In this document: in pieces, positions 11,305-22,455 of the stretch
Position numbering within the stretch: position 1 is the first letter of the stretch
Layout: each line of letters opens with the position of its first letter
NCBI GenBank assembly: GCA_035655575.1
Contig: DASRUF010000154.1
Coordinates: 1-30,667, forward strand
Source of the DNA: Bacteroidota bacterium
GTDB lineage: Bacteria; Bacteroidota; Ignavibacteria; UBA10030; SZUA-254
Direction: 5' to 3'
Length of the DNA stretch: 30,667 nt
Made by a program: the position numbers and the translations under genes
The notes under the pieces: generated by a model
What the model was told of the DNA's origin: nothing
The model's database searches: none
The model's input: the letters and a program-made list of their open reading frames with translations, nothing else

Positions 11305-13407
11305 ATGCCCAGAGTATATCCACTAGAGCGAACTCGTAATATAGGTATCATGGCTCACATTGATGCTGGAAAAACAACTACGACTGAGCGTATTCTATTT
11401 TATACTGGCGTTCTTCATCGGATGGGTGAAGTTCATGATGGCGCAGCAACAATGGATTGGATGGAGCAGGAAAAAGAACGGGGAATAACCATTACAAGTG
11501 CTGCCACGACATGTTTTTGGGATAATCATAGAGTCAATATCATTGATACACCCGGTCATGTCGATTTTACAGTGGAAGTTGAACGATCATTAAGAGTATT
11601 GGATGGTGCGGTGGCATTATTTTGCGCCGTTGGCGGTGTTGAACCACAATCTGAGACTGTTTGGCGTCAGGCTGATAAATATGGTGTACCAAGGTTGGCT
11701 TTCGTCAATAAGATGGATAGAGTTGGAGCAGATTTTTTACATGTTATCGACATGATGAAAACTCGTTTAGGTGCGAATGCTGTACCAATTCAGATTCCAG
11801 TAGGTGAAGGGGACTTGTTTACTGGAATTATTGATCTCATTACAATGAAAGCTCACATCTTCCATGAGAGTACAGCGGGTACAACTTGGGATGAGTTGGA
11901 GATTCCCTCAGATCTCAAAACAAAAGCCCAAGAATATCGCACAAAAATGCTCGAGGCTGTTTCAGATGAAGACGATTCACTTCTCGAAAAGTATCTCGAA
12001 GGGAAAGAGATATCACCCTTAGAAATAAAGCAGGTATTGCGAAGAGCAAGTTTAAAAGTTAGTATTATCCCGGTTCTTTGTGGCTCATCGTTTAAAAATA
12101 AAGGTGTACAAAGTTTACTCGATGCAGTTGTTGATTTTTTACCGTCACCACTTGATGTCTCACAGAGTGAAATTGTTGGCCATCATATTAATATGAAAGA
12201 TCATATTATCCGGAAAGTTCGGGATGATGAAAAGACTACTGCGCTAGCGTTTAAAATCATGACCGATCCTTATGTTGGAAGATTGACATTTATGCGTGTG
12301 TATTCGGGAATGGTAAAAAGTGGGTCATACATCTTTAATTCTATAACGGGCAAACGAGAACGCATAGGTCGATTGCTTCGTATGCACGCGAACCATCGAG
12401 AAGATATCGACGAAGCTTTTACGGGTGATATAGTTGCTGTCGTGGGCTTTAAAAATACGCGTACTGGTGATACTCTTTGTGACGAAACCGATCCGATTAT
12501 CCTCGAGAAAATGGTATTTCCCGATCCCGTTATTTCCGTAGCAATAGAGCCCAAAACTAAAGCAGATCAGGAGAAGTTAGGCGAATCGCTTTCAAAATTG
12601 ACCGAAGAAGACCCGACGTTTAAAGTATCAACGAACGAAGAAACAGGTCAAACAATTATCAGTGGTATGGGCGAGCTTCACCTTGAAATCATCATTGATC
12701 GGATGAAACGAGAATTTCGTGTTGAAGCAAATGTCGGGAAACCACAGGTAGCTTACAAAGAAACAATTCGTAAAAAAGTTGAGCAAGAAGGGAAATTTGT
12801 TCGTCAATCTGGGGGTCGTGGACAATACGGTCATGTATGGATAACAGTTGAGCCAAATGTTAAGGGTGGGGGATTCGATTTTGAAAATGCAATTGTTGGT
12901 GGCGTTATACCAAAAGAATATATTAAGCCTGTTTCAGAGGGTATCATCGAAGCCATGCGGAATGGAGTGTTGGCTGGTTACCCAGTAGAGGATATAAAGG
13001 TTAAGCTTTTTGATGGTTCGTACCACGATGTTGATTCTTCAGAGATTGCATTTAAAATCGCCGGCTCTATTGCTTTCAAAGAAGCTGCCCGTAAAGCGGA
13101 TCCTGTTTTGCTTGAACCAATTATGGATGTGGAAGTCGTTACGCCTGAAGAATATATGGGCGATGTCATGGGTGATCTGAGCTCACGTCGTGGAAAAATT
13201 GAGGGATTGGTGTCGCGAAAAGATGCGCAGGTCATCAAATCGAAAGTTCCCCTATCAGAGATGTTTGGTTATTCAACTCAACTTCGATCGATGACCCAAG
13301 GACGTGCTATATATACAATGCAGTTCATTTATTATGAAGAAGTACCACAGCATATATCTGACCAGATAATTGAAAAAGTCAGAGGCAAGGAAGTAATTCC
13401 TGCGTAA
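11305..13407 (+). CDS. fusA: Elongation factor G
   Basis: 700 aa with [39 protein letters not shown] and NKMD; canonical str operon position. Confidence 0.99.
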   Translation: MPRVYPLERTRNIGIMAHIDAGKTTTTERILFYTGVLHRMGEVHDGAATMDWMEQEKERGITITSAATTCFWDNHRVNIIDTPGHVDFTVEVERSLRVLDGAVALFCAVGGVEPQSETVWRQADKYGVPRLAFVNKMDRVGADFLHVIDMMKTRLGANAVPIQIPVGEGDLFTGIIDLITMKAHIFHESTAGTTWDELEIPSDLKTKAQEYRTKMLEAVSDEDDSLLEKYLEGKEISPLEIKQVLRRASLKVSIIPVLCGSSFKNKGVQSLLDAVVDFLPSPLDVSQSEIVGHHINMKDHIIRKVRDDEKTTALAFKIMTDPYVGRLTFMRVYSGMVKSGSYIFNSITGKRERIGRLLRMHANHREDIDEAFTGDIVAVVGFKNTRTGDTLCDETDPIILEKMVFPDPVISVAIEPKTKADQEKLGESLSKLTEEDPTFKVSTNEETGQTIISGMGELHLEIIIDRMKREFRVEANVGKPQVAYKETIRKKVEQEGKFVRQSGGRGQYGHVWITVEPNVKGGGFDFENAIVGGVIPKEYIKPVSEGIIEAMRNGVLAGYPVEDIKVKLFDGSYHDVDSSEIAFKIAGSIAFKEAARKADPVLLEPIMDVEVVTPEEYMGDVMGDLSSRRGKIEGLVSRKDAQVIKSKVPLSEMFGYSTQLRSMTQGRAIYTMQFIYYEEVPQHISDQIIEKVRGKEVIPA

Positions 13408-13466
13408 AAAGTCAGAATCAATCATTATTTATTTTTCATTCTCTTAGTAGATAAGGAGATCAAAAA

Positions 13467-14678
13467 ATGGCTAAAGAGAAATTTACACGAGATAAACCAC
13501 ACATTAACGTTGGTACTATTGGCCACATCGACCACGGTAAAACAACCCTTACAGCGGCGATAACAATGGTACTTAGTAAAAAAGGCTTGGCTTCTGTTCG
13601 TACTTTTGACAGTATCGATAATGCTCCAGAAGAGCGCGAACGGGGTATTACTATTGCTGTTGCTCACGTTGAGTATGCAACAGATAAACGTCACTACGCA
13701 CACGTAGATTGCCCAGGTCATGCAGACTATATTAAAAACATGATTACCGGAGCTGCACAGATGGATGGTGCAATACTCGTTGTTGCAGCAAACGACGGTC
13801 CGATGCCGCAGACACGAGAACATATTCTGCTTGCTCGTCAAGTAGGCGTGCCACGAATTGTTGTGTTTCTGAACAAAGTTGATATGGTCGACGACCCAGA
13901 ATTAATTGAGTTGGTCGAAATGGAAATGAGAGACCTTTTGAAGAAATACGAATTCCCTGGTGATGAAATTCCTATTGTCCGAGGAAGTGCATTGAAGGCG
14001 ATGGAGCGTGCCTTAGCTCCCGATTCAAAAAACGATGACCCTGCTTTTAAGCCCATATTTGATTTAATGGCTGCTGTGGATAGTTACATCCCCCTTCCAA
14101 AGCGTGATGTGGATAAGCCCTTTCTCATGCCGGTTGAGGATGTATTCTCTATCACTGGTCGGGGTACGGTCGGAACTGGTCGTGTAGAGCGGGGAAGAGC
14201 AAAGGTAGCTGATGAAGTTGAAGTGATTGGGTTGGGAGCTCATAAGAAAACCGTCATCACTGGTGCGGAAATGTTTCGTAAGGAGTTAGATGAGGTAGTC
14301 GCTGGAGATAACGCAGGTTTGTTGCTTCGAGGCGTAGAAAAGAATGAGCTTGAACGAGGTATGGTTATCGCTAAGCCAGGATCAATCACTCCACATAAGA
14401 AGTTTATTAGTCAGGTTTACGTTTTGAAAAAAGAAGAAGGTGGTCGTCATACTCCGTTTTTTACCGGCTATCGCCCTCAATTTTATTTTCGAACGACTGA
14501 TGTCACCGGCGTTGCATCGCTCCCAACAGGAGTGGAGATGGTGATGCCTGGTGATAACGTCGATAATCTCAATGTTGAGCTCATCGCTCCAATTGCAATG
14601 GAAGAGGGCTTACGTTTCGCTATTCGTGAAGGTGGACACACTGTTGGTGCAGGTGTTGTAACGAAAATTATTGAATAA
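13467..14678 (+). CDS. tuf: Elongation factor Tu
   Basis: 403 aa with [29 protein letters not shown] and [22 protein letters not shown] upstream. Confidence 0.99.
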   Translation: MAKEKFTRDKPHINVGTIGHIDHGKTTLTAAITMVLSKKGLASVRTFDSIDNAPEERERGITIAVAHVEYATDKRHYAHVDCPGHADYIKNMITGAAQMDGAILVVAANDGPMPQTREHILLARQVGVPRIVVFLNKVDMVDDPELIELVEMEMRDLLKKYEFPGDEIPIVRGSALKAMERALAPDSKNDDPAFKPIFDLMAAVDSYIPLPKRDVDKPFLMPVEDVFSITGRGTVGTGRVERGRAKVADEVEVIGLGAHKKTVITGAEMFRKELDEVVAGDNAGLLLRGVEKNELERGMVIAKPGSITPHKKFISQVYVLKKEEGGRHTPFFTGYRPQFYFRTTDVTGVASLPTGVEMVMPGDNVDNLNVELIAPIAMEEGLRFAIREGGHTVGAGVVTKIIE

Positions 14679-14700
14679 ATTTACGAGTTAGGATCCTTTC

Positions 14701-15009
14701 GTGGCTGGTCAAAAGATACGCATAAAACTTAAATCATACGATCATAATTTGATCGATAAATCAGCAGAGAAGATCATCAAAACAGTAAAATCGACAGGAG
14801 CTATTGTTTCTGGTCCGATTCCACTACCAACAAGACGAACATTATATACTGTTTTACGTTCTCCAAACGTTGACAAGAAATCGCGAGAACAATTTGAAAT
14901 GCGATCCCACAAGCGCCTCATTGACATACTCAACTCGTCCAATAAAACTGTTGATTCGTTGATGAAACTTGAGCTTCCCGCAGGCGTCGATGTGGAGATA
15001 AAAGTATAA
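14701..15009 (+). CDS. rpsJ: 30S ribosomal protein S10 (GTG start)
   Basis: [36 protein letters not shown] and [10 protein letters not shown]. Confidence 0.99.
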   Translation: MAGQKIRIKLKSYDHNLIDKSAEKIIKTVKSTGAIVSGPIPLPTRRTLYTVLRSPNVDKKSREQFEMRSHKRLIDILNSSNKTVDSLMKLELPAGVDVEIKV

Positions 15010-15094
15010 GTTATCTACTTCTTCCGTTCAAATTCACAACTAAACCTTTTTTAATTGAGGTTACAGGAAAGATTTTTAGTAACCACCAAATACA

Positions 15095-15721
15095 ATGATA
15101 GGAATGCTAGGAAAAAAAATAGGGATGACGAGTATCTTCGATGAGAGTGGCGAAGCTGTTCCATGCACGATTATCGAAGCAGGACCATGTCAGATTATCC
15201 AAATTAAAACAAAAGAGCACGATGGTTACGAAGCACTTCAATTAGCTTTTGAAGATAAAAAAGATCGACTTACAAATAAACCCCTGAAAGGTCATTTTGT
15301 GAAGGCGAATTCAAAGCCCAAAAAATTGTTACGTGAATTTAGAGGATTTGATACTACTCAATTTCATCTTGGTAGTGCTATAAAAGTTGATTCAATTTTT
15401 TCGATTGGCGATGTTGTATCCGTGATCGGTAAATCGAAGGGACGTGGTTTTCAGGGAGTCGTAAAACGACATCATTTCGGTGGCGGGTCAAGAACTCATG
15501 GTCAGAGTGATCGAGAGCGAGCACCTGGTTCGATCGGTTCGAGCTCATATCCATCTCGTGTATTCAAAGGGATGCGAATGGCAGGACGTATGGGTGGTGA
15601 CCGAGTAACTATAAAAAATTTAAAAGTTTTGAAAATCATTCCCGAATCAAATCTATTATTAGTACACGGATCTATACCGGGCCATAACGATAGTTATGTC
15701 GAAATTCGAAAAGAGATATAG
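15095..15721 (+). CDS. rplC: 50S ribosomal protein L3
   Basis: [35 protein letters not shown] and MAGRMG. Confidence 0.99.
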   Translation: MIGMLGKKIGMTSIFDESGEAVPCTIIEAGPCQIIQIKTKEHDGYEALQLAFEDKKDRLTNKPLKGHFVKANSKPKKLLREFRGFDTTQFHLGSAIKVDSIFSIGDVVSVIGKSKGRGFQGVVKRHHFGGGSRTHGQSDRERAPGSIGSSSYPSRVFKGMRMAGRMGGDRVTIKNLKVLKIIPESNLLLVHGSIPGHNDSYVEIRKEI

Positions 15722-15734
15722 AGTCCAAAGAAAC

Positions 15735-16361
15735 ATGGAACTTGAAGTTTATAAAAAAGATGGTGTCTTAAAAGGTGAGAAAGTGGAACTTTCTCCCGAC
15801 ATTTTTGCGATAGAGCCTAATCATCATGCTATCTATCAAGCGGTGATCGTTTATCTCGCAAACCAGCGACAGGGAACTCATAAAACAAAAACATATGGTG
15901 AAGTAAGTGGTAGCGGGAAGAAACTTTGGAAACAGAAACATACCGGACGCGCAAGAATCGGAGCTCTTCGTTCTCCGCTCTGGAAAGGTGGTGGCACAAT
16001 CTTTGGTCCCGTTCCGAGGGATTACTCGATGAAACTTCCTCAAAAAGTAAAACAACTTGCTCGAAAATCAGCATTAAGTTTGAAGGCGAAAGAGGATGCT
16101 ATTAAGATCGTTGAAGATTTTTCACTTGAAAAACCAAAGACCAAAGAAATGACTGCAGTATTACAAGGGCTTGAATTATCAAATAAGAAGACGTTATTTC
16201 TTGTTACCTCATGCGATGATGTAATTTTTAAATCGGGGAGAAATATACCATCGTTCAATATTCTTGAGGCTTCTAAAGTCTCAACGTATGAAATTCTGAA
16301 TCATGAGGTTCTTTTGATTCAAAAAAAAGCAATCGAAGTATTGGAAAAAACGTTTTTATAA
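15735..16361 (+). CDS. rplD: 50S ribosomal protein L4
   Basis: RQGTHKTK, KLWKQKHTGRARIG and SPLWKGGG. Start moved to ATG 15735; the track start overlaps rplC. 208 aa. Confidence 0.97.
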   Translation: MELEVYKKDGVLKGEKVELSPDIFAIEPNHHAIYQAVIVYLANQRQGTHKTKTYGEVSGSGKKLWKQKHTGRARIGALRSPLWKGGGTIFGPVPRDYSMKLPQKVKQLARKSALSLKAKEDAIKIVEDFSLEKPKTKEMTAVLQGLELSNKKTLFLVTSCDDVIFKSGRNIPSFNILEASKVSTYEILNHEVLLIQKKAIEVLEKTFL

Positions 16362-16373
16362 GAAAGACGATCT

Positions 16374-16664
16374 ATGATAGGAATCATTTTTCGACCGCTT
16401 GTTACAGAGAAGATTACGAAGTTTCAAGAGAAGGGTGTTTATGCCTTTGAGGTCGATCCGATTGCGAATAAAATTAATATTGCAAAAGCAATCGAAAAAA
16501 AATTTAATGTTACCGTCACAAATGTTCGCACCATGAATTATCAAGGTAAAACAAAAGCACAGTTAACGCGACGTGGAAAATTTATTGGACGAAAATCGAA
16601 TTTCAAAAAGGCAATCGTCACGCTAAAAGAGGGAGATAAAATTGATCTCTTTGGAAACGTATAA
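16374..16664 (+). CDS. rplW: 50S ribosomal protein L23
   Basis: [22 protein letters not shown] and KKAIVTL. Confidence 0.98.
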   Translation: MIGIIFRPLVTEKITKFQEKGVYAFEVDPIANKINIAKAIEKKFNVTVTNVRTMNYQGKTKAQLTRRGKFIGRKSNFKKAIVTLKEGDKIDLFGNV

Positions 16665-16690
16665 TATTCAGTTGCATTAAGACTACAATT

Positions 16691-17518
16691 ATGGGAATTC
16701 ATATACTAAAACCGAAAACACCCGGTACGAGGTGGATGACGATTTCGACGTTCGAAGAAATCACAAAATCGAAGCCGGAAAAATCTCTCATCACACCGCT
16801 GAAGAAAACAGGGGGTCGCAATACCAACGGCCATATTACCTCTCGTCATCGTGGAGGGGGGCATAAACGATTCTATCGTATTATTGATTTCAAACGTGAT
16901 AGACTCAACATCGAAGCAACCGTAAAGTCGATTGAGTATGATCCGAACCGATCTGCTCGCATCGCCCTGCTTCAATATATTGATGGCGAAAAACGGTATA
17001 TCCTTGCACCAGAAGGTATTAAGACAGGAGACGTAGTATCCTCAGGGACGACTGTTGATATCAAAGCCGGGAATGCAATGCCACTCACGAATATTCCTGT
17101 TGGAACGTTTATCCATAATGTGGAGCTTCGTGCTGGCAAAGGTGGTCAGATGGCACGAAGTGCAGGATCATCAGTTCAATTGATGGCAAAGGAAGGGAAG
17201 TTTGCTCAGATAAAATTACCATCGGGTGAGATTCGTAATGTTCCGTCAGAATGTTATGCCACTATTGGGGTCGTTAGTAACCTTGATCATGAAAATATCA
17301 GTGTGGGTAAAGCTGGTCGATCTCGGTGGCTTGGAATTCGTCCGCAATCAAGGGGTGTTGTGATGAATCCCTGTGATCACCCACATGGTGGAGGTGAGGG
17401 GAAATCACCGCAAGGAAATCCGCATCCTGTGTCTCCGTGGGGATGGCATACGAAAGGGATGAAAACGCGGCGCCATAAGCTTCAATCTGATAAATTCATA
17501 GTGAAACGTCGTAAATAA
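16691..17518 (+). CDS. rplB: 50S ribosomal protein L2
   Basis: [33 protein letters not shown] and [13 protein letters not shown]. Confidence 0.99.
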   Translation: MGIHILKPKTPGTRWMTISTFEEITKSKPEKSLITPLKKTGGRNTNGHITSRHRGGGHKRFYRIIDFKRDRLNIEATVKSIEYDPNRSARIALLQYIDGEKRYILAPEGIKTGDVVSSGTTVDIKAGNAMPLTNIPVGTFIHNVELRAGKGGQMARSAGSSVQLMAKEGKFAQIKLPSGEIRNVPSECYATIGVVSNLDHENISVGKAGRSRWLGIRPQSRGVVMNPCDHPHGGGEGKSPQGNPHPVSPWGWHTKGMKTRRHKLQSDKFIVKRRK

Positions 17519-17526
17519 CATTCAAC

Positions 17527-17817
17527 ATGAGTCGATCAATTAAAAAAGGTCCATTTGTCGATCCGAAACTTCAAGCGAAGGTCGAGGCAATGACGAAGTC
17601 AGGACAAAAAAAAGTAATAAAAACATGGTCACGTGCATCCACCATTACTCCAGATTTTGTTGGACATACCTTCGCGGTTCATAACGGAAATAAATTCATC
17701 CCGATCTATATTCATGAGGGTATGGTGGGGCATAAATTAGGTGAGTTTTCACCGACACGTATTTTCCGTGCACATCCAGGTCTGAAGAGCGAAACAACAA
17801 CAACGACTGAAGGTTAG
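17527..17817 (+). CDS. rpsS: 30S ribosomal protein S19
   Basis: [20 protein letters not shown] and [13 protein letters not shown]. Confidence 0.99.
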   Translation: MSRSIKKGPFVDPKLQAKVEAMTKSGQKKVIKTWSRASTITPDFVGHTFAVHNGNKFIPIYIHEGMVGHKLGEFSPTRIFRAHPGLKSETTTTTEG

Positions 17818-17821
17818 TGAA

Positions 17822-18238
17822 ATGTTAGAAGCAAGAGCGGTTTGTCGATATATAAATTCATCACCGCAAAAAATGCGTTTGGTAGTCGATTTGATACGGG
17901 GAAGATCTGTTCCAGAAGCATTAAGTGTGCTTCATTATTCACCTAAGCACGCTTCGCGTGTCGCTGAGAAAGTACTTCGTTCTGCAATTTCAAATTTTCA
18001 AAATAAAAATGAGGATGCTCGGGCAGACCTCGATTCGTTGATGATTAAAGAGATCTATGTCGATGTGGGACCAACTCTTAAACGTATGTTACCTGCACCA
18101 ATGGGACGTGCCTATCCTTTATTAAAACGCTCAAATCACTTAACGGTTGTAGTTGGGCAATCTTCGTTGACTAAAAAACCAAGTTCGGCACCGAAGGTAA
18201 AACAACCGAGTAAACCATCAGCACAAATAAAGGAATAA
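17822..18238 (+). CDS. rplV: 50S ribosomal protein L22
   Basis: [23 protein letters not shown] and PAPMGRA; Lys/Pro/Ser-rich C-terminal tail. Confidence 0.98.
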   Translation: MLEARAVCRYINSSPQKMRLVVDLIRGRSVPEALSVLHYSPKHASRVAEKVLRSAISNFQNKNEDARADLDSLMIKEIYVDVGPTLKRMLPAPMGRAYPLLKRSNHLTVVVGQSSLTKKPSSAPKVKQPSKPSAQIKE

Positions 18239-18240
18239 TC

Positions 18241-18879
18241 TTGGGTCAAAAAGTACATCCGATTGGTTTTCGTTTAGGAATTCTTCGATCATGGGATTCT
18301 AACTGGTATGATCAAAAAGATTTTGCACAAAAACTTCAGGAAGATATCAAAGTTCGGCAATACATCCACAATCGTCTCAAGAAAGCGGGAATTTCGCGTA
18401 TACTAATCGATCGGACGCCCAAACGAGCTGTAATAACGATTCATACATCGAGACCCGGAATTGTAATAGGACGTAGTGGAAAAGAAATTACTCAACTTGA
18501 AGAAGAATTAAAGCAAATTACTAACAAAGAAGTCAAGATCCTCATCCATGAAATAAAAAGGCCCGAATTGGATGCGTATCTTCTGGCTGAAAATATTGCT
18601 TCGCAACTTGAAGGTAGAATGGCATTTCGTCGAGCGATGAAAATGGCAATGACGTCCGCTATGCGGATGGGCGCGGAAGGAATTCGAGTTATGTGTGGTG
18701 GAAGATTGGGGGGGGCGGAAATTGCCAGATCTGAACAATATAAAGAAGGTCGGATACCTTTACATACACTTCGAGCAGATATTGATTACGCGCAAGCTAC
18801 AGCGATGACAATTTACGGAACCATCGGCGTTAAGGTATGGATTTGTAGAGGTGAAGTTCTTGAGAGAGTTACAAAATAG
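18241..18879 (+). CDS. rpsC: 30S ribosomal protein S3 (TTG start)
   Basis: [25 protein letters not shown] and [11 protein letters not shown]. Confidence 0.99.
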   Translation: MGQKVHPIGFRLGILRSWDSNWYDQKDFAQKLQEDIKVRQYIHNRLKKAGISRILIDRTPKRAVITIHTSRPGIVIGRSGKEITQLEEELKQITNKEVKILIHEIKRPELDAYLLAENIASQLEGRMAFRRAMKMAMTSAMRMGAEGIRVMCGGRLGGAEIARSEQYKEGRIPLHTLRADIDYAQATAMTIYGTIGVKVWICRGEVLERVTK

Positions 18880-18903
18880 ATGAGACTAAGGAATTAACAA
18901 TAT

Positions 18904-19323
18904 ATGTTATTACCAAAACGTGTTAAATATCGTAAAGCCCAACGCGGCAGGATGAGGGGAAAAGCAACACGTTGTAACTCAGTGGATTTTGGGGACTTTG
19001 GGTTGAAAGCACTAGAACCCGGATGGATTACCCAACGACAGATTGAAGCTACAAGAGTTGCCCTGACTCGTTTGTTAAAACGCGAGGGCAAGGTGTGGAT
19101 ACGGATATTTCCCTATAAACCTGTCACTAAAAAACCTGCTGAGACGAGGATGGGAAGTGGCAAGGGTGCACCAGAGTTTTGGGTAGCAGTAGTAAAACCT
19201 GGCACGGTTATGTTTGAATTAGGCGGAATCAAGCGTGATGTTGCAGCTGCAGCTATGGAGCTTGCCAAACATAAATTACCTATTAAAACGCGAATGGTAA
19301 CACGAGCATCATATCAAGGTTGA
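18904..19323 (+). CDS. rplP: 50S ribosomal protein L16
   Basis: [19 protein letters not shown] and [12 protein letters not shown]. Confidence 0.99.
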   Translation: MLLPKRVKYRKAQRGRMRGKATRCNSVDFGDFGLKALEPGWITQRQIEATRVALTRLLKREGKVWIRIFPYKPVTKKPAETRMGSGKGAPEFWVAVVKPGTVMFELGGIKRDVAAAAMELAKHKLPIKTRMVTRASYQG

Positions 19324-19340
19324 TAACGATGAAAGATCGC

Positions 19341-19571
19341 ATGAAAGCTTTTGAACTTCGGGAACTGACAGAACAGGATTTGCGAAATCGCCTGAAAGAG
19401 GAAGAAGAAAGCCTGGTGAATTTAAAATTTCAAAAAGCAATAAGCCAGGTAGAGAGCCCAATTAAAATTCGGACGACGCGACGTAATATTGCCGTGATGA
19501 AAACGGTTTTACAAGAAATTAAACTCCGACACCCGGTTTCTGAATCGGATTCATTGTCAAAAGGAAAGTAA
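19341..19571 (+). CDS. rpmC: 50S ribosomal protein L29
   Basis: MKAFELRELT...LKFQKA...IRTTRRNIAVMKTVL, between rplP and rpsQ. The start could alternatively be ATG 19329. Confidence 0.93.
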   Translation: MKAFELRELTEQDLRNRLKEEEESLVNLKFQKAISQVESPIKIRTTRRNIAVMKTVLQEIKLRHPVSESDSLSKGK

Positions 19572-19574
19572 GTT

Positions 19575-19853
19575 ATGGAGAAATCTGAAGATATTGCAGA
19601 GCGTTCTACGCATCGGAAGGTTAGAACGGGTCGAGTCGTCAGCAATAAGATGCAAAAAAGTATAGTAGTAGCTATAGAACGCCGGGTTCCTCATCCACTA
19701 TATAAGAAATATTTTACTCGAACAACGAAGTTCCATGCCCATGATGAAAAACAAGAGGCTGGAATTGGTGATCTGGTTAAAATTATGGAGACACGGCCAC
19801 TAAGTAAAACAAAGCGGTGGCGGTTAGTAGAGATCGTAGAAAAGGTGAAGTGA
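19575..19853 (+). CDS. rpsQ: 30S ribosomal protein S17
   Basis: [20 protein letters not shown] and [14 protein letters not shown]. Confidence 0.98.
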   Translation: MEKSEDIAERSTHRKVRTGRVVSNKMQKSIVVAIERRVPHPLYKKYFTRTTKFHAHDEKQEAGIGDLVKIMETRPLSKTKRWRLVEIVEKVK

Positions 19854-19874
19854 GCAAAACTACTCGGATATTAT

Positions 19875-20243
19875 ATGATTCAGGAAGAAACAAATCTTGT
19901 GGTAGCAGACAATTCGGGGGCAAAAAAAGTGCGCTGTATTCGCGTGCTTGGCGGTCATGATCGGCGGTATGCTGGTGTCGGTGACCTTATTGTTGTCTCA
20001 GTGAAGAGTGCAATTCCAGGTGCAGGTGTGAAAAAAGGAGAAGTATCGCGAGCGGTTATAGTAAGGACAAAAAAAGAAACGCGGCGGAAAGATGGGTCAT
20101 ATATTCGATTTGATGAGAATGCAGCTGTGTTGTTGAACCCACAGGGTGAACCACGGGGGACCCGCATATTTGGTCCGGTTGCACGGGAATTGCGCGATAA
20201 AAACTATATGAAAATTATTTCTTTAGCACCTGAAGTATTGTAA
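19875..20243 (+). CDS. rplN: 50S ribosomal protein L14
   Basis: 122 aa with [29 protein letters not shown] and SLAPEVL. Confidence 0.99.
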   Translation: MIQEETNLVVADNSGAKKVRCIRVLGGHDRRYAGVGDLIVVSVKSAIPGAGVKKGEVSRAVIVRTKKETRRKDGSYIRFDENAAVLLNPQGEPRGTRIFGPVARELRDKNYMKIISLAPEVL

Positions 20244-20258
20244 TTAAGTAAGGACGAA

Positions 20259-20582
20259 ATGAAGATTCAAAAGAATGATAATGTAATAGTGATTTCTGGA
20301 AACGCGCGCGGGAAAACAGGTAAAGTCTTGAAAATGTTTCGTGATGAGAGTAGGGTGATCGTTGAAGGTGTAAATATTATCAAGCGTCATACCCGACCAT
20401 CGCAAAAGAATCCACAAGGTGGAATAGTTCAAAAGGAAGGAACAATCCACGTCTCTAATGTAATGGTAGTTTGTCCAAAATGTAATACGCCTTCCCGGGT
20501 TGGAAGGAAATCAGTGACTGATGCCGCAACTGGAAGAAAACATACGATGCGTGTCTGTCGACAATGTGAAGAGATGTTCTAA
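20259..20582 (+). CDS. rplX: 50S ribosomal protein L24
   Basis: KOW motif (VIVISGNARGKTGKV) and GGIVQKEGTIHVSNV; C-terminal CPKC...CRQC. Confidence 0.98.
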   Translation: MKIQKNDNVIVISGNARGKTGKVLKMFRDESRVIVEGVNIIKRHTRPSQKNPQGGIVQKEGTIHVSNVMVVCPKCNTPSRVGRKSVTDAATGRKHTMRVCRQCEEMF

Positions 20583-20596
20583 CATAGAATTTGTAT

Positions 20597-21250
20597 ATGG
20601 TAAAAGAAAAAACAAAAAAAAGTGTTAAACCGGAGAAAAAAACACCTGAAGTCGATCGTCAGGCACAAGAATCAGGTATTGCCCCTCGGTTGTATGATCG
20701 TTATAAAAATACGATTGTAAAAGAGCTGATGGAGCATTATCAATTTTCCAATGTGATGCTCGTTCCACGGTTAGAAAAAATTGCAATAAATGTTGGCGTT
20801 GGCCAAGCGACTCAGGAGCCCAAGTTAATTGACAATGTAGTCAAAGATTTAGAGATGATTGTCGGTCAAAAGGTAGTTATCACTCGATCTAAAAAGGCAA
20901 TTTCAAATTTTAAACTACGTGAGGGAATACCAATCGGTGTTAAGGTTACCCTTCGACGGAAAAAAATGTATGAGTTTTTAGATCGATTTATCAATGTAAC
21001 GGTGCCTCGAATCCGAGATTTTCGCGGGTTTTCTGAGAAATCGTTTGATGGACATGGCAATTACACGATCGGTATTAAAGAGCATATTATTTTTCCTGAA
21101 ATTGATGTTGATAAAGTAGCAAAAGTTTTTGGAATGGACATTAGTATTATAACTACGGCAAGAAATGATCAACAGGCATATGATTTGTTGAAAGGATTTG
21201 GAATGCCATTTGTAAAAAGACAAGAAATCATAGAGCGGAAAAGCGCATAA
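20597..21250 (+). CDS. rplE: 50S ribosomal protein L5, with an N-terminal extension
   Basis: VPRLEKIAINVGVG, FKLREGIPIGVKVTLR and PRIRDFRG. ATG 20597 chosen over TTG 20591. Confidence 0.97.
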   Translation: MVKEKTKKSVKPEKKTPEVDRQAQESGIAPRLYDRYKNTIVKELMEHYQFSNVMLVPRLEKIAINVGVGQATQEPKLIDNVVKDLEMIVGQKVVITRSKKAISNFKLREGIPIGVKVTLRRKKMYEFLDRFINVTVPRIRDFRGFSEKSFDGHGNYTIGIKEHIIFPEIDVDKVAKVFGMDISIITTARNDQQAYDLLKGFGMPFVKRQEIIERKSA

Positions 21251-21276
21251 TTTCTGAAATCATGAGGAGAATGTAG

Positions 21277-21462
21277 TTGGCACGATTAGCAATGGTGGTT
21301 AAAGCAAAAAGAAAGCCAAAATTCGGCGTACGAAAGCATAATCGATGTGCTAATTGTGGAAGACCACGTGGATTTCTTCGTAAATTCGGGATTTGCAGAA
21401 TCTGCTTTCGTAAAATGGCATTGGAAGGCAAAATTCCCGGTGTTGTTAAAGCGAGTTGGTAA
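21277..21462 (+). CDS. rpsN: 30S ribosomal protein S14, type Z (Zn-binding, 61 aa; TTG start)
   Basis: [10 protein letters not shown] and GICRICFR (C24, C27, C40, C43), ending in GVVKASW. SD GAGGAG at 21264-21269. Confidence 0.98.
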   Translation: MARLAMVVKAKRKPKFGVRKHNRCANCGRPRGFLRKFGICRICFRKMALEGKIPGVVKASW

Positions 21463-21478
21463 AATAGAGTAAAAATTT

Positions 21479-21874
21479 ATGCAATCAACAGACCCAGTAG
21501 CAGATTTTTTAACAAGGATTCGGAACGCAATCAATGCCCGACATAAAAGGGTAGATGTTCCTGTCTCATATTTAAAACGAGAAATTTCTAAGATCTTTCT
21601 CGAACAAAAATATATCAGTGGTTTTTCAGAGATCAATGCTGACCAACATGTTACACTACGGCTAACGCTGCGTTACGCAGATGGAGTAAGTGCAATTACC
21701 GGCTTACGTCGTGTCAGTAAACCGGGTCTTCGCATCTATGCTTCTAAATCGAAATTACCTCGTGTTCTAAATGGTTTGGGTATAGCTATCATATCGACCT
21801 CGAAAGGTCTTATGACCAATAAACAAGCTCAACTTGAAAATGTGGGTGGAGAGGTGTTATGCGAAGTATGGTAG
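21479..21874 (+). CDS. rpsH: 30S ribosomal protein S8
   Basis: TDPVADFLTRIRNA, RVSKPGLRIY, IISTSKGLMT and GGEVLCEVW. Confidence 0.99.
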   Translation: MQSTDPVADFLTRIRNAINARHKRVDVPVSYLKREISKIFLEQKYISGFSEINADQHVTLRLTLRYADGVSAITGLRRVSKPGLRIYASKSKLPRVLNGLGIAIISTSKGLMTNKQAQLENVGGEVLCEVW

Positions 21875-21896
21875 CTCTATTAAGAGGAGAAAAACT

Positions 21897-22454
21897 GTGT
21901 CACGTATAGGTAAAAAACCCATTATCATACCGAAAGGTGTAAGTATTGAGAAAAAAGATGGGGTGCTGAAAGTAGTTGGACCAAAAGGGCAGCTAACGAA
22001 CCATGTGCCTACAACGATCACAATTGAAACAAAGGAAAGCGAGATAACCCTCAGTCGCCCATCCGATACGAAGTTTCATAAGGCACTTCATGGAACATGG
22101 AGAGCGATCGTAAATAATATGGTGAAAGGTGTTTCTGAGGGATTTCAAAAAAAATTAGAAATTGTTGGAGTTGGCTACAAAGCCGAAGTAAAAGGAAAAA
22201 AAATTCAATTTGCGTTGGGTTATTCTCACCCTATATTGTTTGAACCACCTACTGGGATAAAAATTGAGATACCTCAACCAACAAATGTCGTGATTTCTGG
22301 AATAGATAAACAGCTTGTTGGTCAAGTCGCTGCAAAAATTCGGTCATTCCGTTTACCTGAACCCTATAAAGGTAAAGGCATTAAATACGAAAACGAATAT
22401 ATTCGTCGAAAAGCAGGTAAGGCAGCTGCAACAGCTGGAGCGAAGGTTGGATAA
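21897..22454 (+). CDS. rplF: 50S ribosomal protein L6 (GTG start)
   Basis: GTG 21897 gives (M)SRIGKKPI, with SD GAGGAG at 21884-21889. Motifs LEIVGVGYKA and PEPYKGKGIKY. The track start overlaps rpsH. Confidence 0.98.
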   Translation: MSRIGKKPIIIPKGVSIEKKDGVLKVVGPKGQLTNHVPTTITIETKESEITLSRPSDTKFHKALHGTWRAIVNNMVKGVSEGFQKKLEIVGVGYKAEVKGKKIQFALGYSHPILFEPPTGIKIEIPQPTNVVISGIDKQLVGQVAAKIRSFRLPEPYKGKGIKYENEYIRRKAGKAAATAGAKVG

Positions 22455-22455
22455 T

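Noticed and set aside
14255-14335. Slightly divergent EF-Tu domain 2 segment ([20 protein letters not shown]) as a possible elfamycin/thiopeptide resistance allele
   Set aside because: The glycines equivalent to E. coli G257 and G275 are retained, and the other changes cannot be interpreted without an alignment.
15696-22455. Long N-terminal extensions of rplD (15696), rplF (21834) and rplR (22315), and also rpoC (6010), as given in the ORF track
   Set aside because: They overlap the upstream gene. Downstream starts give the conserved N-termini, with an SD for rpoC and rplF.
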